In this document: positions 18,456 through 27,334 of the stretch, in pieces
Layout of the letters: each line of letters starts with the position of its first letter
Position numbering within the stretch: the stretch's first letter is position 1
NCBI GenBank assembly: GCA_903879985.1
Contig: CAIRNR010000007.1
Span: forward strand, 531,519 to 583,924
Length of the DNA stretch: 52,406 nucleotides
Source: an uncultured candidate division WWE3 bacterium
Lineage (GTDB): Bacteria; Patescibacteriota; WWE3; UBA101185; UBA10185
Direction: 5' to 3'
Notes under the pieces: model-generated
Told to the model about the DNA's origin: nothing
Seen by the model: the letters and a program-made list of their open reading frames with translations, nothing else
The model's database searches: none
Made by a program: the position numbers and the translations under genes

Positions 18456-19091
18456 ATGAAAAAAACTATTTTATACAACTTAATAGCTGTTATGTTCTTT
18501 GTTGTTGCTGCAGTTGCTTTAAAGACTACTGTCTACGCTGATAACTGTGAATCTAACTATGGAGGTGGAGAAACCTGCTTAGTTAACAAAAGATTCAAGA
18601 TTGAAAAATCTGTAAAAGTTGAAGGCGACGACAACTGGAAAGATAAAGTAACTTTAGATAAAGGCGATAAAGATAAAACAATATTATTCAAAGTTAAAAT
18701 CACAAACATGAGTGATAATACCGGTGATGTAACTTTCGATAACATGAAGATGGAAGACTTTTTACCTAAAGAATTACATAAAGTAGGTGGCGATGGTTTA
18801 ACCGAGGAATGGGATAACTTCAAACCTGGTCAAACTAAGACCTTCGAAATTGAAGCTAAAATCGACTCTGATGAATTTGACCGTAAAGAAAGCTTTGAGA
18901 AATGTGTTGTTAACAAAGCTGAAGTAAGATGGGAAGGCGAATTTGAAGGTGCCGATACAGCTACTGTATGTTTCGGTCATGATAAGAGTGGTCCTAAAGA
19001 ATTACCAAAAACCGGTGGTTTCCCAATCGAAGCTGCTACAGGATTTGGTTTAGTATCTGTCGGATTAGTCTTAAAGAAATTTAAACGTTAA
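18456..19091 (+). CDS. secreted cell-wall-anchored surface protein with an LPXTG-type sorting signal, 211 aa
   Basis: Signal peptide MKKTILYNLIAVMFFVVAAVALKTTVYA. C-terminal LPKTG, a hydrophobic stretch and a KKFKR tail. The core is DUF11/CARDB-like (KVKITNMSDNTGDVTFDN). Two Cys pairs. Confidence 0.85.
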   Translation: MKKTILYNLIAVMFFVVAAVALKTTVYADNCESNYGGGETCLVNKRFKIEKSVKVEGDDNWKDKVTLDKGDKDKTILFKVKITNMSDNTGDVTFDNMKMEDFLPKELHKVGGDGLTEEWDNFKPGQTKTFEIEAKIDSDEFDRKESFEKCVVNKAEVRWEGEFEGADTATVCFGHDKSGPKELPKTGGFPIEAATGFGLVSVGLVLKKFKR

Positions 19092-19108
19092 TTAGTTATT
19101 TAACAAGT

Positions 19109-19174
19109 TTGGGCACGATGCAGAATGGCTGGGTTTAGCTTAATCTTTACGCGGCCATTCTGTCTCGTGCCCAA
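19109..19174 (+). terminator. long imperfect hairpin between the LPXTG gene and the sortase gene (possible partial terminator or processing site)
   Basis: TTGGGCACGATGCAGAATGGC (19109-19129) pairs with GCCATTCTGTCTCGTGCCCAA (19154-19174). That is 21 bp with a 2-nt internal mismatch and a 24-nt loop. No U-tract follows. Confidence 0.4.
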
Positions 19175-19189
19175 CTGAATTGTACCACT

Positions 19190-19843
19190 ATGTTTTCACT
19201 TTTTAAATCTCCAAAATCACATTTTATTATCTATGTACCCGTACTTTTAATAGTTGTGGACGGTTTTATATTTTCAGTAATTTCAATCCGCAATTTAAAT
19301 AAAAAGCCTGTGGAAATTAAAGTGGAGCAGGTTGTTTCAAGTCCAACTGAGTCTCCTTTTGCAAAAAAACTTTTGCCAATATATTCAGATCCTACATCTT
19401 TAGTAATTGAAAATACAAATATAAAAGCTGTATTTATTCCATTAGGTTTAGATTTAAATGGTGCGTTAGAAACTCCAAAGGATTGGAGCGTAATTGGTTG
19501 GTATAGTGAAAGTGCAAAACCAGGTGAGCAAGGAAATATTATTATCGATGGTCATTATGATGATAGCCGTGGGCGTCCCGCTGCATTTTGGCAGTTGAAA
19601 AATGTAAAAGTAGGTGATAAAGTGTCAGTTAAGGATACCTTTGGAAAGGTGTATAACTATAAGGTGACAGATACTTTCTTTATAAGTATTAACGATCCCA
19701 AGCGCTTAGAGATTTTCGATAGTCCCACCGACGGTACTGCTATTATGACTTTGATTACTTGCGGTGGAGTTTGGATTCCCGGTAAGTCAACTTATGCTGA
19801 ACGATTGGTAGTAAAGGCTGAACTTATCAATACTAACAATTGA
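19190..19843 (+). CDS. sortase family transpeptidase
   Basis: N-terminal TM, catalytic His context IIIDGHYD, the TLxTC motif MTLITCGG, and a downstream Arg (ERLVVKA). Confidence 0.85.
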   Translation: MFSLFKSPKSHFIIYVPVLLIVVDGFIFSVISIRNLNKKPVEIKVEQVVSSPTESPFAKKLLPIYSDPTSLVIENTNIKAVFIPLGLDLNGALETPKDWSVIGWYSESAKPGEQGNIIIDGHYDDSRGRPAAFWQLKNVKVGDKVSVKDTFGKVYNYKVTDTFFISINDPKRLEIFDSPTDGTAIMTLITCGGVWIPGKSTYAERLVVKAELINTNN

Positions 19844-19958
19844 TGAGACTTAAAGCTGGGAGGTGGCCCAGGGGCAGTGGCTATCTCCCGACTTTAGGTG
19901 GCGCAATTAAACCTATCCATCTACACATGTACATAATTTCAGAATTAACAAAATAAAT

Positions 19959-21506
19959 ATGCCAGTAAAAAAACAAATAACTGAAGATAGTTCTAATAAA
20001 GTTAAGAGCGTAACAAAAGACGCTGAAAAGGTAGTTGATAAGGTAGTCGCGCCAGTCGTAACTGCACCAACTGTTACCGCACAAGTACAGCCAGAGCAGC
20101 CTGTTGTAGAGCCTGTGGTTGCCCCGGTTGAGGTTCCTGTTAATAATAACGTTGTTAACGCGCAAGTAGCTAAAGCTTCGTCAGCAACCCCTCCAATGCG
20201 CTCACAGTCGTCACAACGTTCAACATCTTCCTATCAAAACAATAGAAGACCTTACCAAAATAACAATTCGTATCAGAACAATAACTCTTACCAGAATAAT
20301 AATTCATACCAAAATAAAGATTCCTATCAGAACAATACAAATTCTTATCAAAACAATAGTTCGTACGAAAATTACGAGCCGGTTGTAACAGGTGATGCAA
20401 TTACCATAACGGGAATGCTTGAAATATTAACTGATTACGGTGTTATAAGACAAAAAGAAAAAGTTGAGTCCGATTTACCAAGAGATGTTTACATAAGTAA
20501 TTCTCAAATAAAAAGATTTAACCTCAGAAAAGGTGATGCTATAAAAGGATTAGCTAGACCTCCAAAGGAAGGCGAAAGATATTTATCATTACTTAAAATA
20601 GAAACAGTCGAAGGAATGGATCCAGAGAAGGCCCGCAAAAGACCTAGATTTTCTGAACTTACTCCAATTTTCCCAACTGAATGGATGAAACTCGAAACTA
20701 CATCTTCTGTTATTTCCACAAGACTTATGGATTTGGTAGCACCAATTGGAAAAGGCCAAAGAGCCATGATTGTTGCTCCTCCAAAAGCTGGTAAAACATT
20801 TTTACTTTTAGATATTGCCAACGGTATTACTGAAAACTTTAAAGATTCCGTTTTACTTGTTGCATTAATTGGAGAAAGACCAGAAGAGGTCACTCAGTTT
20901 ACAAGAAGTGTTAAAGGTGAAGTTTATTCCAGTAACTTTGACGATATGGCCGAGGAACAAACTCGTGTTTCAGAACTTTGCTTAGAGCGTGCTAAACGTT
21001 TAGCCGAGCAAGGAAAAGATGTTGTTATATTAATGGACTCAATCACACGATTAGCCCGTGCTTATAATATGGTAGCTCCTCCATCAGGTAGAACTTTAAC
21101 AGGTGGTTTTGACCCAGCAGCTTTATACCCAACCAAACACTTTTTTGGTGCAGCCAGAAACTTAGAAGAAGGTGGAAGTTTAACGATCATAGCCACTGCA
21201 TTAGTTGATACCGGTTCAAGAATGGATGACGTAATCTTTGAAGAGTTCAAGGGAACAGGTAACATGGAACTTCGTTTGGATCGTACATTGGCCGAAAGAA
21301 GAATATTCCCATCAATAGACATAAAAGCCAGTAGCACACGTCATGAGGAAGTTTTGTTTGGTGAAAAAACACTTGAACAAATTTATCGCTTAAGACGTAT
21401 GGTCGACTTATTAGACGATCGTGATGCAACAGAGCTTGTTATTGAAAGACTCAAGAAATCAAAGAGCAATGCTGAGTTCTTGGAAAACTTACATAAAGCC
21501 CAGTAA
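19959..21506 (+). CDS. rho: transcription termination factor Rho with a ~140-aa low-complexity N-terminal extension
   Basis: Rho core: GMLEILTDYGVIR (CSD-like RNA-binding domain), Walker A APPKAGKT, and LIGERPEEV. The N-terminus carries a Val/Pro-rich tract followed by eight Tyr-centred S-Y-Q-N-N-type units. Confidence 0.93.
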   Translation: MPVKKQITEDSSNKVKSVTKDAEKVVDKVVAPVVTAPTVTAQVQPEQPVVEPVVAPVEVPVNNNVVNAQVAKASSATPPMRSQSSQRSTSSYQNNRRPYQNNNSYQNNNSYQNNNSYQNKDSYQNNTNSYQNNSSYENYEPVVTGDAITITGMLEILTDYGVIRQKEKVESDLPRDVYISNSQIKRFNLRKGDAIKGLARPPKEGERYLSLLKIETVEGMDPEKARKRPRFSELTPIFPTEWMKLETTSSVISTRLMDLVAPIGKGQRAMIVAPPKAGKTFLLLDIANGITENFKDSVLLVALIGERPEEVTQFTRSVKGEVYSSNFDDMAEEQTRVSELCLERAKRLAEQGKDVVILMDSITRLARAYNMVAPPSGRTLTGGFDPAALYPTKHFFGAARNLEEGGSLTIIATALVDTGSRMDDVIFEEFKGTGNMELRLDRTLAERRIFPSIDIKASSTRHEEVLFGEKTLEQIYRLRRMVDLLDDRDATELVIERLKKSKSNAEFLENLHKAQ

Positions 21507-21569
21507 GGAGTAAGTTAAAAGCCCAAAATGTTGATACAATATATTAGGACTATTTTATAGTGCTTACAT

Positions 21570-22772
21570 ATGGCATTTACCATTAAAAGTCCTACCTCAA
21601 AGCGATTTTTTCAATTGAGTTTTGAAGGTTTCCGGCCAAAAGGTAGGAATAAGTTTGAACAGTTTATTAATACGTGGCTGGAGTTTTTCCGGTCTATTTT
21701 TGGATATATTCTATTAAAAATAGGAGATTTTCTATCGTTTGTCGGAAATTGTGTCATTTTTATTGTTAGATTACCAAACACAATCAAGGTATTTTTGATT
21801 CGAAAGCTTATTTGGTCTCGCGGCAGACTTGGAAGACCTATAGCTACAGGTATCGTTATGGGCGCGGCTTTTAGTGTGTTTTTGTTAGGGGAAGTTTTTG
21901 TAAACTCCGGTTTTGTTGTTAATCCTCCTATTAATCCGGATTACCTCGTCACAACTTCTGATATTATTCCAAGAAAAGAGCTGGCAGTCACGACTTTGCC
22001 CGAAATGCGCCAACGTACTGAACCTTTGGCTTACAACGTTGAAGTAGGAGATACTTTATATTCTATTGGTAGTAAGTTTAAAGTTTCTGTTGACGCTTTA
22101 AAGTATGTAAACAATCTAACTGATTATTCGGTGCTTAGAGTGGGGCAAACGTTGTCAGTACCACCTGTAGCGGGTTTAATTCATAAAGTTGAATCTGGGG
22201 ATACACTAAACTCTATCGCTGCAAAATACGACATTCCTGCGCAGGCTATTGCGGATTTTAACTATATACTGGATACTACGCACTTGAAGCTTGGAGCAGA
22301 GTTGGTTATTCCAGGTGGAAAAGTTCCTAAGGTTGTTGTACCTGCGATCATTAATGAGGGTGCCCCTTCCGTAGGGAGACCTTCAACGGTGACTGCAAAC
22401 AAGAGCTTTTGTACGTGGCCAACAACGGTTAGGATCATTACACAGAACTTTTCTTGGTACCACAATGGTATTGATATAGCTACACCACACGGAATTGGCA
22501 TGCCTCCACTAATGGCATGTACCGGTGGAACTGTTATCAGAGCAGGTTGGGATCCATGGGGTTTGGGATTACATGTTAGAATAGACCACGGAAATGGCTA
22601 TGTAACTATATATGGTCATATGAGTCGTCTTGATGTAAGCTATGGGCAGAAGGTTGGCCGAGGCGAAATCCTTGGATTGATGGGTAGTACAGGAAATTCT
22701 ACAGGTCCACATGTACACTTTATGGTTGAGTACAATGGTGTACCTCAGAATCCGTTGGATTTTGCTCAGTAA
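21570..22772 (+). CDS. membrane-anchored LysM-domain M23 family metallopeptidase
   Basis: Two LysM repeats (YNVEVGDTLYSIGSKF..., HKVESGDTLNSIAAKY...). M23 motifs HNGIDIA, GHMS and GSTGNSTGPHVHF. Confidence 0.88.
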   Translation: MAFTIKSPTSKRFFQLSFEGFRPKGRNKFEQFINTWLEFFRSIFGYILLKIGDFLSFVGNCVIFIVRLPNTIKVFLIRKLIWSRGRLGRPIATGIVMGAAFSVFLLGEVFVNSGFVVNPPINPDYLVTTSDIIPRKELAVTTLPEMRQRTEPLAYNVEVGDTLYSIGSKFKVSVDALKYVNNLTDYSVLRVGQTLSVPPVAGLIHKVESGDTLNSIAAKYDIPAQAIADFNYILDTTHLKLGAELVIPGGKVPKVVVPAIINEGAPSVGRPSTVTANKSFCTWPTTVRIITQNFSWYHNGIDIATPHGIGMPPLMACTGGTVIRAGWDPWGLGLHVRIDHGNGYVTIYGHMSRLDVSYGQKVGRGEILGLMGSTGNSTGPHVHFMVEYNGVPQNPLDFAQ

Positions 22773-22783
22773 GGTCTCAGATT

Positions 22784-23968
22784 ATGATTGATATTGCACA
22801 AATAAAAGTTAGAGCTGGTAACGGAGGCGATGGAAACGTCTCGTTTAGGCGCGAAAAGTTTATACCCCGCGGAGGTCCCGATGGAGGCGATGGAGGTGAT
22901 GGTGGAAGTGTTTTCTTTGTATCTTCTACTAACCTTGTGACTCTTAGAGACTTTAGACAAAAAGATCTATTTAAAGCTGAAGATGGTGGTCATGGCGGTA
23001 AAAAGAAAATGTTTGGAGCTAACGGCAAGGATTTATACATCGCCGTTCCTGTTGGAACATTGGTTTACGAAACACGAAATGGAACTGAAGTTTTGATTGG
23101 CGATATGTTTGAAGATGGTCAAAAGCTTATGATTGCTCAAGGTGGTCGTGGCGGAAAAGGTAACTTTAAATTTAGAAGTTCAACAAATCAAACACCTATT
23201 CAATTTGTTCCGGGCGTACGTGGTGAAGAAAAGATTATACGTTTAGAAATCAAACTTGTTGCCGATATTGGCTTAATTGGTGCACCAAACGCAGGTAAAA
23301 GTACTTTAATCAATCGTGTTACAAACGCTAACGCTAAAGTTGCAAACTATCCATTCACAACACTAGAACCAAACCTTGGTATTTTAACCTTTAGAGAAGG
23401 CGACACAGTCATCTTGTCTGATATTCCAGGCATAGTTGAAGGTGCTGCCGAAGGTAAAGGTTTAGGTGACGAATTTTTAAGACACGTTGAACGCACACGC
23501 TTTTTACTTCACCTAATTGATCCATTGAGTTTTGTTGACCAAACAATGCCTGATAATCTTGATGCAAAGGTTTTAACTACCAATGCTGTTAATAACTACA
23601 AAATGATACGTGAAGAATTAGTTAAATATGGCCATGGTTTAAGTGAAAAGCCCGAAATAATAGTTGTTAATAAGATTGATATTACTGAGGTTGCTTTGGC
23701 ATTGGAAGATATAAAGAAGGGGCTTAAAAAGGCAGCTGGACTTAAAAAAGGCGTTGAAATCTGTGGTATATCTGCAGTATCCGGAGAAGGGTTGCCCAAA
23801 CTTATGCAGACTATTGAAAAGCTTTTACTCGAAAATCCTAAAAAAGTTGTGTTTGAAACAGTTAAGCCTACAAAGATTTATACACTCGAGAACTTACCAA
23901 ATAAACGTATGGTTTTTGGAGATGGTGGCCAGGGGTCAGTTCAAAACGATACTACAAAAAGGATTTAG
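22784..23968 (+). CDS. obg: GTPase ObgE/CgtA
   Basis: Gly-rich Obg fold (AGNGGDGNVSFRREKF..GGPDGGDGGDGGSV). G1 is GAPNAGKST, G3 is DIPG, G4 is NKID. Confidence 0.93.
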   Translation: MIDIAQIKVRAGNGGDGNVSFRREKFIPRGGPDGGDGGDGGSVFFVSSTNLVTLRDFRQKDLFKAEDGGHGGKKKMFGANGKDLYIAVPVGTLVYETRNGTEVLIGDMFEDGQKLMIAQGGRGGKGNFKFRSSTNQTPIQFVPGVRGEEKIIRLEIKLVADIGLIGAPNAGKSTLINRVTNANAKVANYPFTTLEPNLGILTFREGDTVILSDIPGIVEGAAEGKGLGDEFLRHVERTRFLLHLIDPLSFVDQTMPDNLDAKVLTTNAVNNYKMIREELVKYGHGLSEKPEIIVVNKIDITEVALALEDIKKGLKKAAGLKKGVEICGISAVSGEGLPKLMQTIEKLLLENPKKVVFETVKPTKIYTLENLPNKRMVFGDGGQGSVQNDTTKRI

Positions 23969-24019
23969 TTCTTTGTGATGTGTCGCTTTTCGCGATATAA
24001 TCACTAGGCATTTTGTACA

Positions 24020-24124
24020 TGGTTAATCTGTTTGCATGGGCCGTTAGCTTTTAACGAGCTTCGCGAGTTCGAAGCTAACTTGTTAAAGTAACGTGGTTAA
24101 TCTGTTTGCATGGGCCGTTAGCTT
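24020..24124 (+). repeat. 31-nt perfect direct repeat duplicating the tRNA-Ala leader plus its first 13 nt
   Basis: TGGTTAATCTGTTTGCATGGGCCGTTAGCTT occurs at 24020-24050 and 24094-24124 (offset 74 nt). The intervening 43 nt contain the hairpin AGCTTCG-CGAGTT-CGAAGCT and a TTCGAA T-loop-like string. Confidence 0.85.
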
Positions 24125-24187
24125 AGTTGGTAGAGCGCTTCCATGGCATGGAAGAGGTCAGCGGTTCGACTCCGCTACGGTCCACCA
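24112..24187 (+). tRNA. tRNA-Ala (anticodon GGC), CCA encoded
   Basis: Cloverleaf folded by hand. Acceptor GGGCCGT/ACGGTCC with the G3:U70 Ala identity pair, anticodon loop ATGGCAT, and T-arm AGCGG-TTCGACT-CCGCT. Confidence 0.9.
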
Positions 24188-24226
24188 GTATTTTTCTTTA
24201 TTTACACTTCCTTTTAAAACATCAAA

Positions 24227-24254
24227 AAGCCCCCGGTTTTTAACCCGAGGGCTT
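24227..24254. terminator. bidirectional hairpin terminator between tRNA-Ala and the convergent membrane-protein gene
   Basis: AAGCCCCCGG (24227-24236) pairs with CCCGAGGGCTT (24244-24254) with one mismatch. An A-run lies upstream and a T-rich tract downstream. Confidence 0.55.
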
Positions 24255-24285
24255 TCTCGTTTCCGTTACTTAATCCTGTCCAACC

Positions 24286-26577
24286 TTATTTCTTCTTTGT
24301 TGTTGGAACTGGAGTAGGTGTTGGTGTTGGTTGAGCTACTTGCTGATCTTTTGGCAAGGAACTTGTTCCAAGGTTTTGTACAGGAATTTGTTGACCTTGT
24401 GCCGCACTATTCAATGGTTCTTGGTTTTGTGCTGTGGTCTTAACATTATTGCCTGTTATTTGCTCAACAGTTTTCTTTCCATCGGCTGTGGTTCCGGTTG
24501 TACCCTGAGCTGGAATTGCTGCTATTTCTGCGGCTACTTTTTTGTAGTCATCAGAGTTTGCTGGTACTAAGGATTGTGCCATTTGCAAAGCTTTTACTGC
24601 ATTTGCAGGATCGTTTAACTTTAACAATGCTTGTGCAAAGTTATAGTAAGCGTTGGCGTAGTCTGCTTTTAAGACTGTAGCTTGTCTAAATTGGTTAGCT
24701 GCAGAAAGGTAATCTGCTTTAGCAAAGTAGAGTCCCCCAAGATCTAATCTTAATCTAGCGTTGGTTGGATCTAATTGGATAGCATTGTTATATGCGGAAA
24801 TCGACCAATCAGAAGCGTTGTTAGCTACGTTGGTTAAACTTCTATAAATAACAGCTCTTGTTTCCCAGTTATCAGCACTTAAAGGATTTAATACCTCGGT
24901 TGTGACCTGAGTTGTTTTTATAGCTTGAGATAACAGCCCTTGAATCGTTGTTTTGTCGGCATCGGTCAAGTTTTGTTTAGAAGCTAAGACGTTGGCTAAG
25001 GCAAGATTTGTTTGAGCGTATGAATTTTGATATACGTCTTGTCTTGGGTTAGCGTTAATAGCTCTTCTTTGGAATTCATATGTGCCTGAACCGTCATTGT
25101 TCTTAGCAGCAATGATTGCTTTTCTCATATAGAACTCACCTTCATAGGTCATGAAGAAGAAGTAACTTACATAAGCTGCTAAAAAGAGAGCTGGAATTGC
25201 AACGATGTATCTGACGTAATTTTTACCGATTGCACTTGTGTCACCAAGAGAGGTAACAGCTGCAATGTTTTCAGTTCCTAGTTCCATTTTTTCAGAAACT
25301 TTTATATGGCCTGTTGTAGTTGTGAAACCTGCAACAAGCATTCCTAAGAATGAAAAGAACATGAAAGCGGTGGTAATACTTGCATATGTGAACAAGAACG
25401 AAGCTAAAATTCCTAATACAACTGAACTTAATATTACGGTTGTACCATTATCATCTGTTACATATTTTGAGACTTTGGTTAATTTAACAACCTTGGCTAC
25501 GAAGAAGAGCATTGCGATTAAGCCTAAGAGTCCCAAAGTTGATAATACGTTAAAGAATTCATTTGATGGTTTATCAAATCTTACATTCCAATATGGACCT
25601 GTATTTAAACTTAATGGTCTATATCTTGTGAAGTTTAGTAAGAATGTTGCTGGTCCTGTTGCCATCAATGGATAATTCTGAACGATTGAAGAGGCTACTA
25701 GCCAACTTTCCGTTACGGGAAGGTTAACTTCTTGGGTGTAACTCTTACTTATTATCACACTTCGTGTAGCGGGTAAGATTAGTAACAATACTACAGCCAC
25801 GGTTAATCCAGCGAGTATTGTGTAATAAAATCTTTGGTTAACAATTTCTCTCATGTCGGCGTATAACACAAAAGCTATGACTCCAACAATGAGGATAGCC
25901 CATGCTGCCCAAACGTTTACAAGCATCAAGAAGAATAAACTGACGACGATATTACCAATTAAGACACTCTTAATTTGTGGCAATTTTTCGTATGTTAAAA
26001 ATCCTAATGAAAGGACTATAGCAATGGCAGCTAACATAGCTGAGTCAGTTGTTGATCCTGATAGTGAAAAACCTTGAACCTTCATGTAGTCAGCATTTCC
26101 TACAAAGATTTTATAGTAGCTGAGCAGTGACATTAAGGTAGATATGAATGTTGAGGCGGTAAAGGCATAGATTGCCAATTTAATGGTCTTCAAGTCGCTT
26201 AATAGAGGTGTGGCTAAGTAAAAATAGCCGATCAGTATTAAGAGAGCGAAGAGGCCCATCCAGCTTCCTTCACTTCCATAAATACTCAACGTCTTGTTTA
26301 GAGAGAAGATCGTTGATAGTACAACAACTAGTGTGAAGGCAATCAGTGGTAAATCTATTACTGATTTTATGAACTCCATTTTTTGACCGGTCATGATTTT
26401 CACTGTCCATAACACAACCAAAAGCACTGTCGCCAACGTTATCAATGCCAGTTTATTAAAGGCAAAGAACTCCGTTGTTGTAGTTAGGTAAAAAATTGGT
26501 ACGAGGAAGGCAAGACAAACAGGTATTAGTTTTAATACCTTGTTTAGTATTAGGGAGAAATTTGGTTCTTGTTTCAT
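24286..26577 (-). CDS. O-antigen-ligase/Wzy-like polytopic membrane protein fused to C-terminal TPR repeats, 763 aa
   Basis: About 12 or more TM helices followed by TPR-like repeats (AYNNAIQLDPTNARLRLDLGGLYFAKADYLSAANQFRQATVLKADYANAYYNFAQALLKLND) and a Pro/Thr tail. The family is inferred from architecture. Confidence 0.6.
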   Translation of the reverse strand: MKQEPNFSLILNKVLKLIPVCLAFLVPIFYLTTTTEFFAFNKLALITLATVLLVVLWTVKIMTGQKMEFIKSVIDLPLIAFTLVVVLSTIFSLNKTLSIYGSEGSWMGLFALLILIGYFYLATPLLSDLKTIKLAIYAFTASTFISTLMSLLSYYKIFVGNADYMKVQGFSLSGSTTDSAMLAAIAIVLSLGFLTYEKLPQIKSVLIGNIVVSLFFLMLVNVWAAWAILIVGVIAFVLYADMREIVNQRFYYTILAGLTVAVVLLLILPATRSVIISKSYTQEVNLPVTESWLVASSIVQNYPLMATGPATFLLNFTRYRPLSLNTGPYWNVRFDKPSNEFFNVLSTLGLLGLIAMLFFVAKVVKLTKVSKYVTDDNGTTVILSSVVLGILASFLFTYASITTAFMFFSFLGMLVAGFTTTTGHIKVSEKMELGTENIAAVTSLGDTSAIGKNYVRYIVAIPALFLAAYVSYFFFMTYEGEFYMRKAIIAAKNNDGSGTYEFQRRAINANPRQDVYQNSYAQTNLALANVLASKQNLTDADKTTIQGLLSQAIKTTQVTTEVLNPLSADNWETRAVIYRSLTNVANNASDWSISAYNNAIQLDPTNARLRLDLGGLYFAKADYLSAANQFRQATVLKADYANAYYNFAQALLKLNDPANAVKALQMAQSLVPANSDDYKKVAAEIAAIPAQGTTGTTADGKKTVEQITGNNVKTTAQNQEPLNSAAQGQQIPVQNLGTSSLPKDQQVAQPTPTPTPVPTTKKK

Positions 26578-26662
26578 AACTAAAGTGTAGATGTATTAGT
26601 TATTATGTGTCAATAGAATGTTTCTCGTAACGGGAAATGGGTTTGATTTGTTGTTACTAAAG

Positions 26663-27334
26663 CTAATTTGTAAACCACCAATTAAACTCGGCGTTGCTTG
26701 CTACCGGGGCGTCTGTTTCAACTAAAAAACCTTCTTGGTCCTTAATTTGGGATACCCAATAACGTGTAGCAGGTGAATAATCTTGATTAAAAGTTATATA
26801 TACTTTGGAATTTGCTTTTATATTGTCGGATTTTATAAAAATACTTCTTTGGTTATTTGGAACAAACGCTACACCTTGTGCCACTACTTGATTTGGCATT
26901 TCTACGTTTGTGCTATTAACAGAGTTTCTAAGATTGTCTTTTGATTTGCCTAGGTTAATAATTCCCATTTCGCTACTTACTATTAAAATAAGTAGTACTA
27001 ACATTGTGTATAAAAGTATTTGATTTCTAAGTTCTTTTGAAGTAATTCCTGAAATAATAGTTTGAAGTTTGTTTTTAGTGTTAATTTTTCCTTCGATTTC
27101 GTCGTTAGTAAGTCCCTGAGTCTTTAAATCTTCTATCAAAACTATTTGGTCCACGACTGTAGAAGGGTAGTGTCCTTTTATATTTCCTTCGGCATCTCTT
27201 TGTCGTGACATGTGTGGGAGCCATCCTATCTTTGTGTAATATCGAAGTCTGTTATATGGATCGCCTTTTCCAAAATCAACACCCTTTTGTTTTGCTTCCT
27301 TTATAACGTTGTCTATGCTTAGTAGAGTAGTCAT
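26663..27334 (-). CDS. MerR-type HTH domain protein with a TM helix and an extracytoplasmic C-terminal domain, 223 aa
   Basis: MerR-like pattern LRYYTKIGWLPHMSRQRDAEGNIKGHYPSTVVDQIVLIEDLKTQGLTNDEI, then the TM helix ILLYTMLVLLILIVSS, then a ~90-aa domain. Confidence 0.6.
   Translation of the reverse strand: MTTLLSIDNVIKEAKQKGVDFGKGDPYNRLRYYTKIGWLPHMSRQRDAEGNIKGHYPSTVVDQIVLIEDLKTQGLTNDEIEGKINTKNKLQTIISGITSKELRNQILLYTMLVLLILIVSSEMGIINLGKSKDNLRNSVNSTNVEMPNQVVAQGVAFVPNNQRSIFIKSDNIKANSKVYITFNQDYSPATRYWVSQIKDQEGFLVETDAPVASNAEFNWWFTN

Noticed and set aside
24093-24317. ORFs overlapping tRNA genes (24093-24317, 37530-37712, 40261-40497, 40378-40710)
   Set aside because: They run through tRNA-Ala, tRNA-Ser or tRNA-Pro or their spacers. 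The tRNA cloverleaves explain the sequence conservation.
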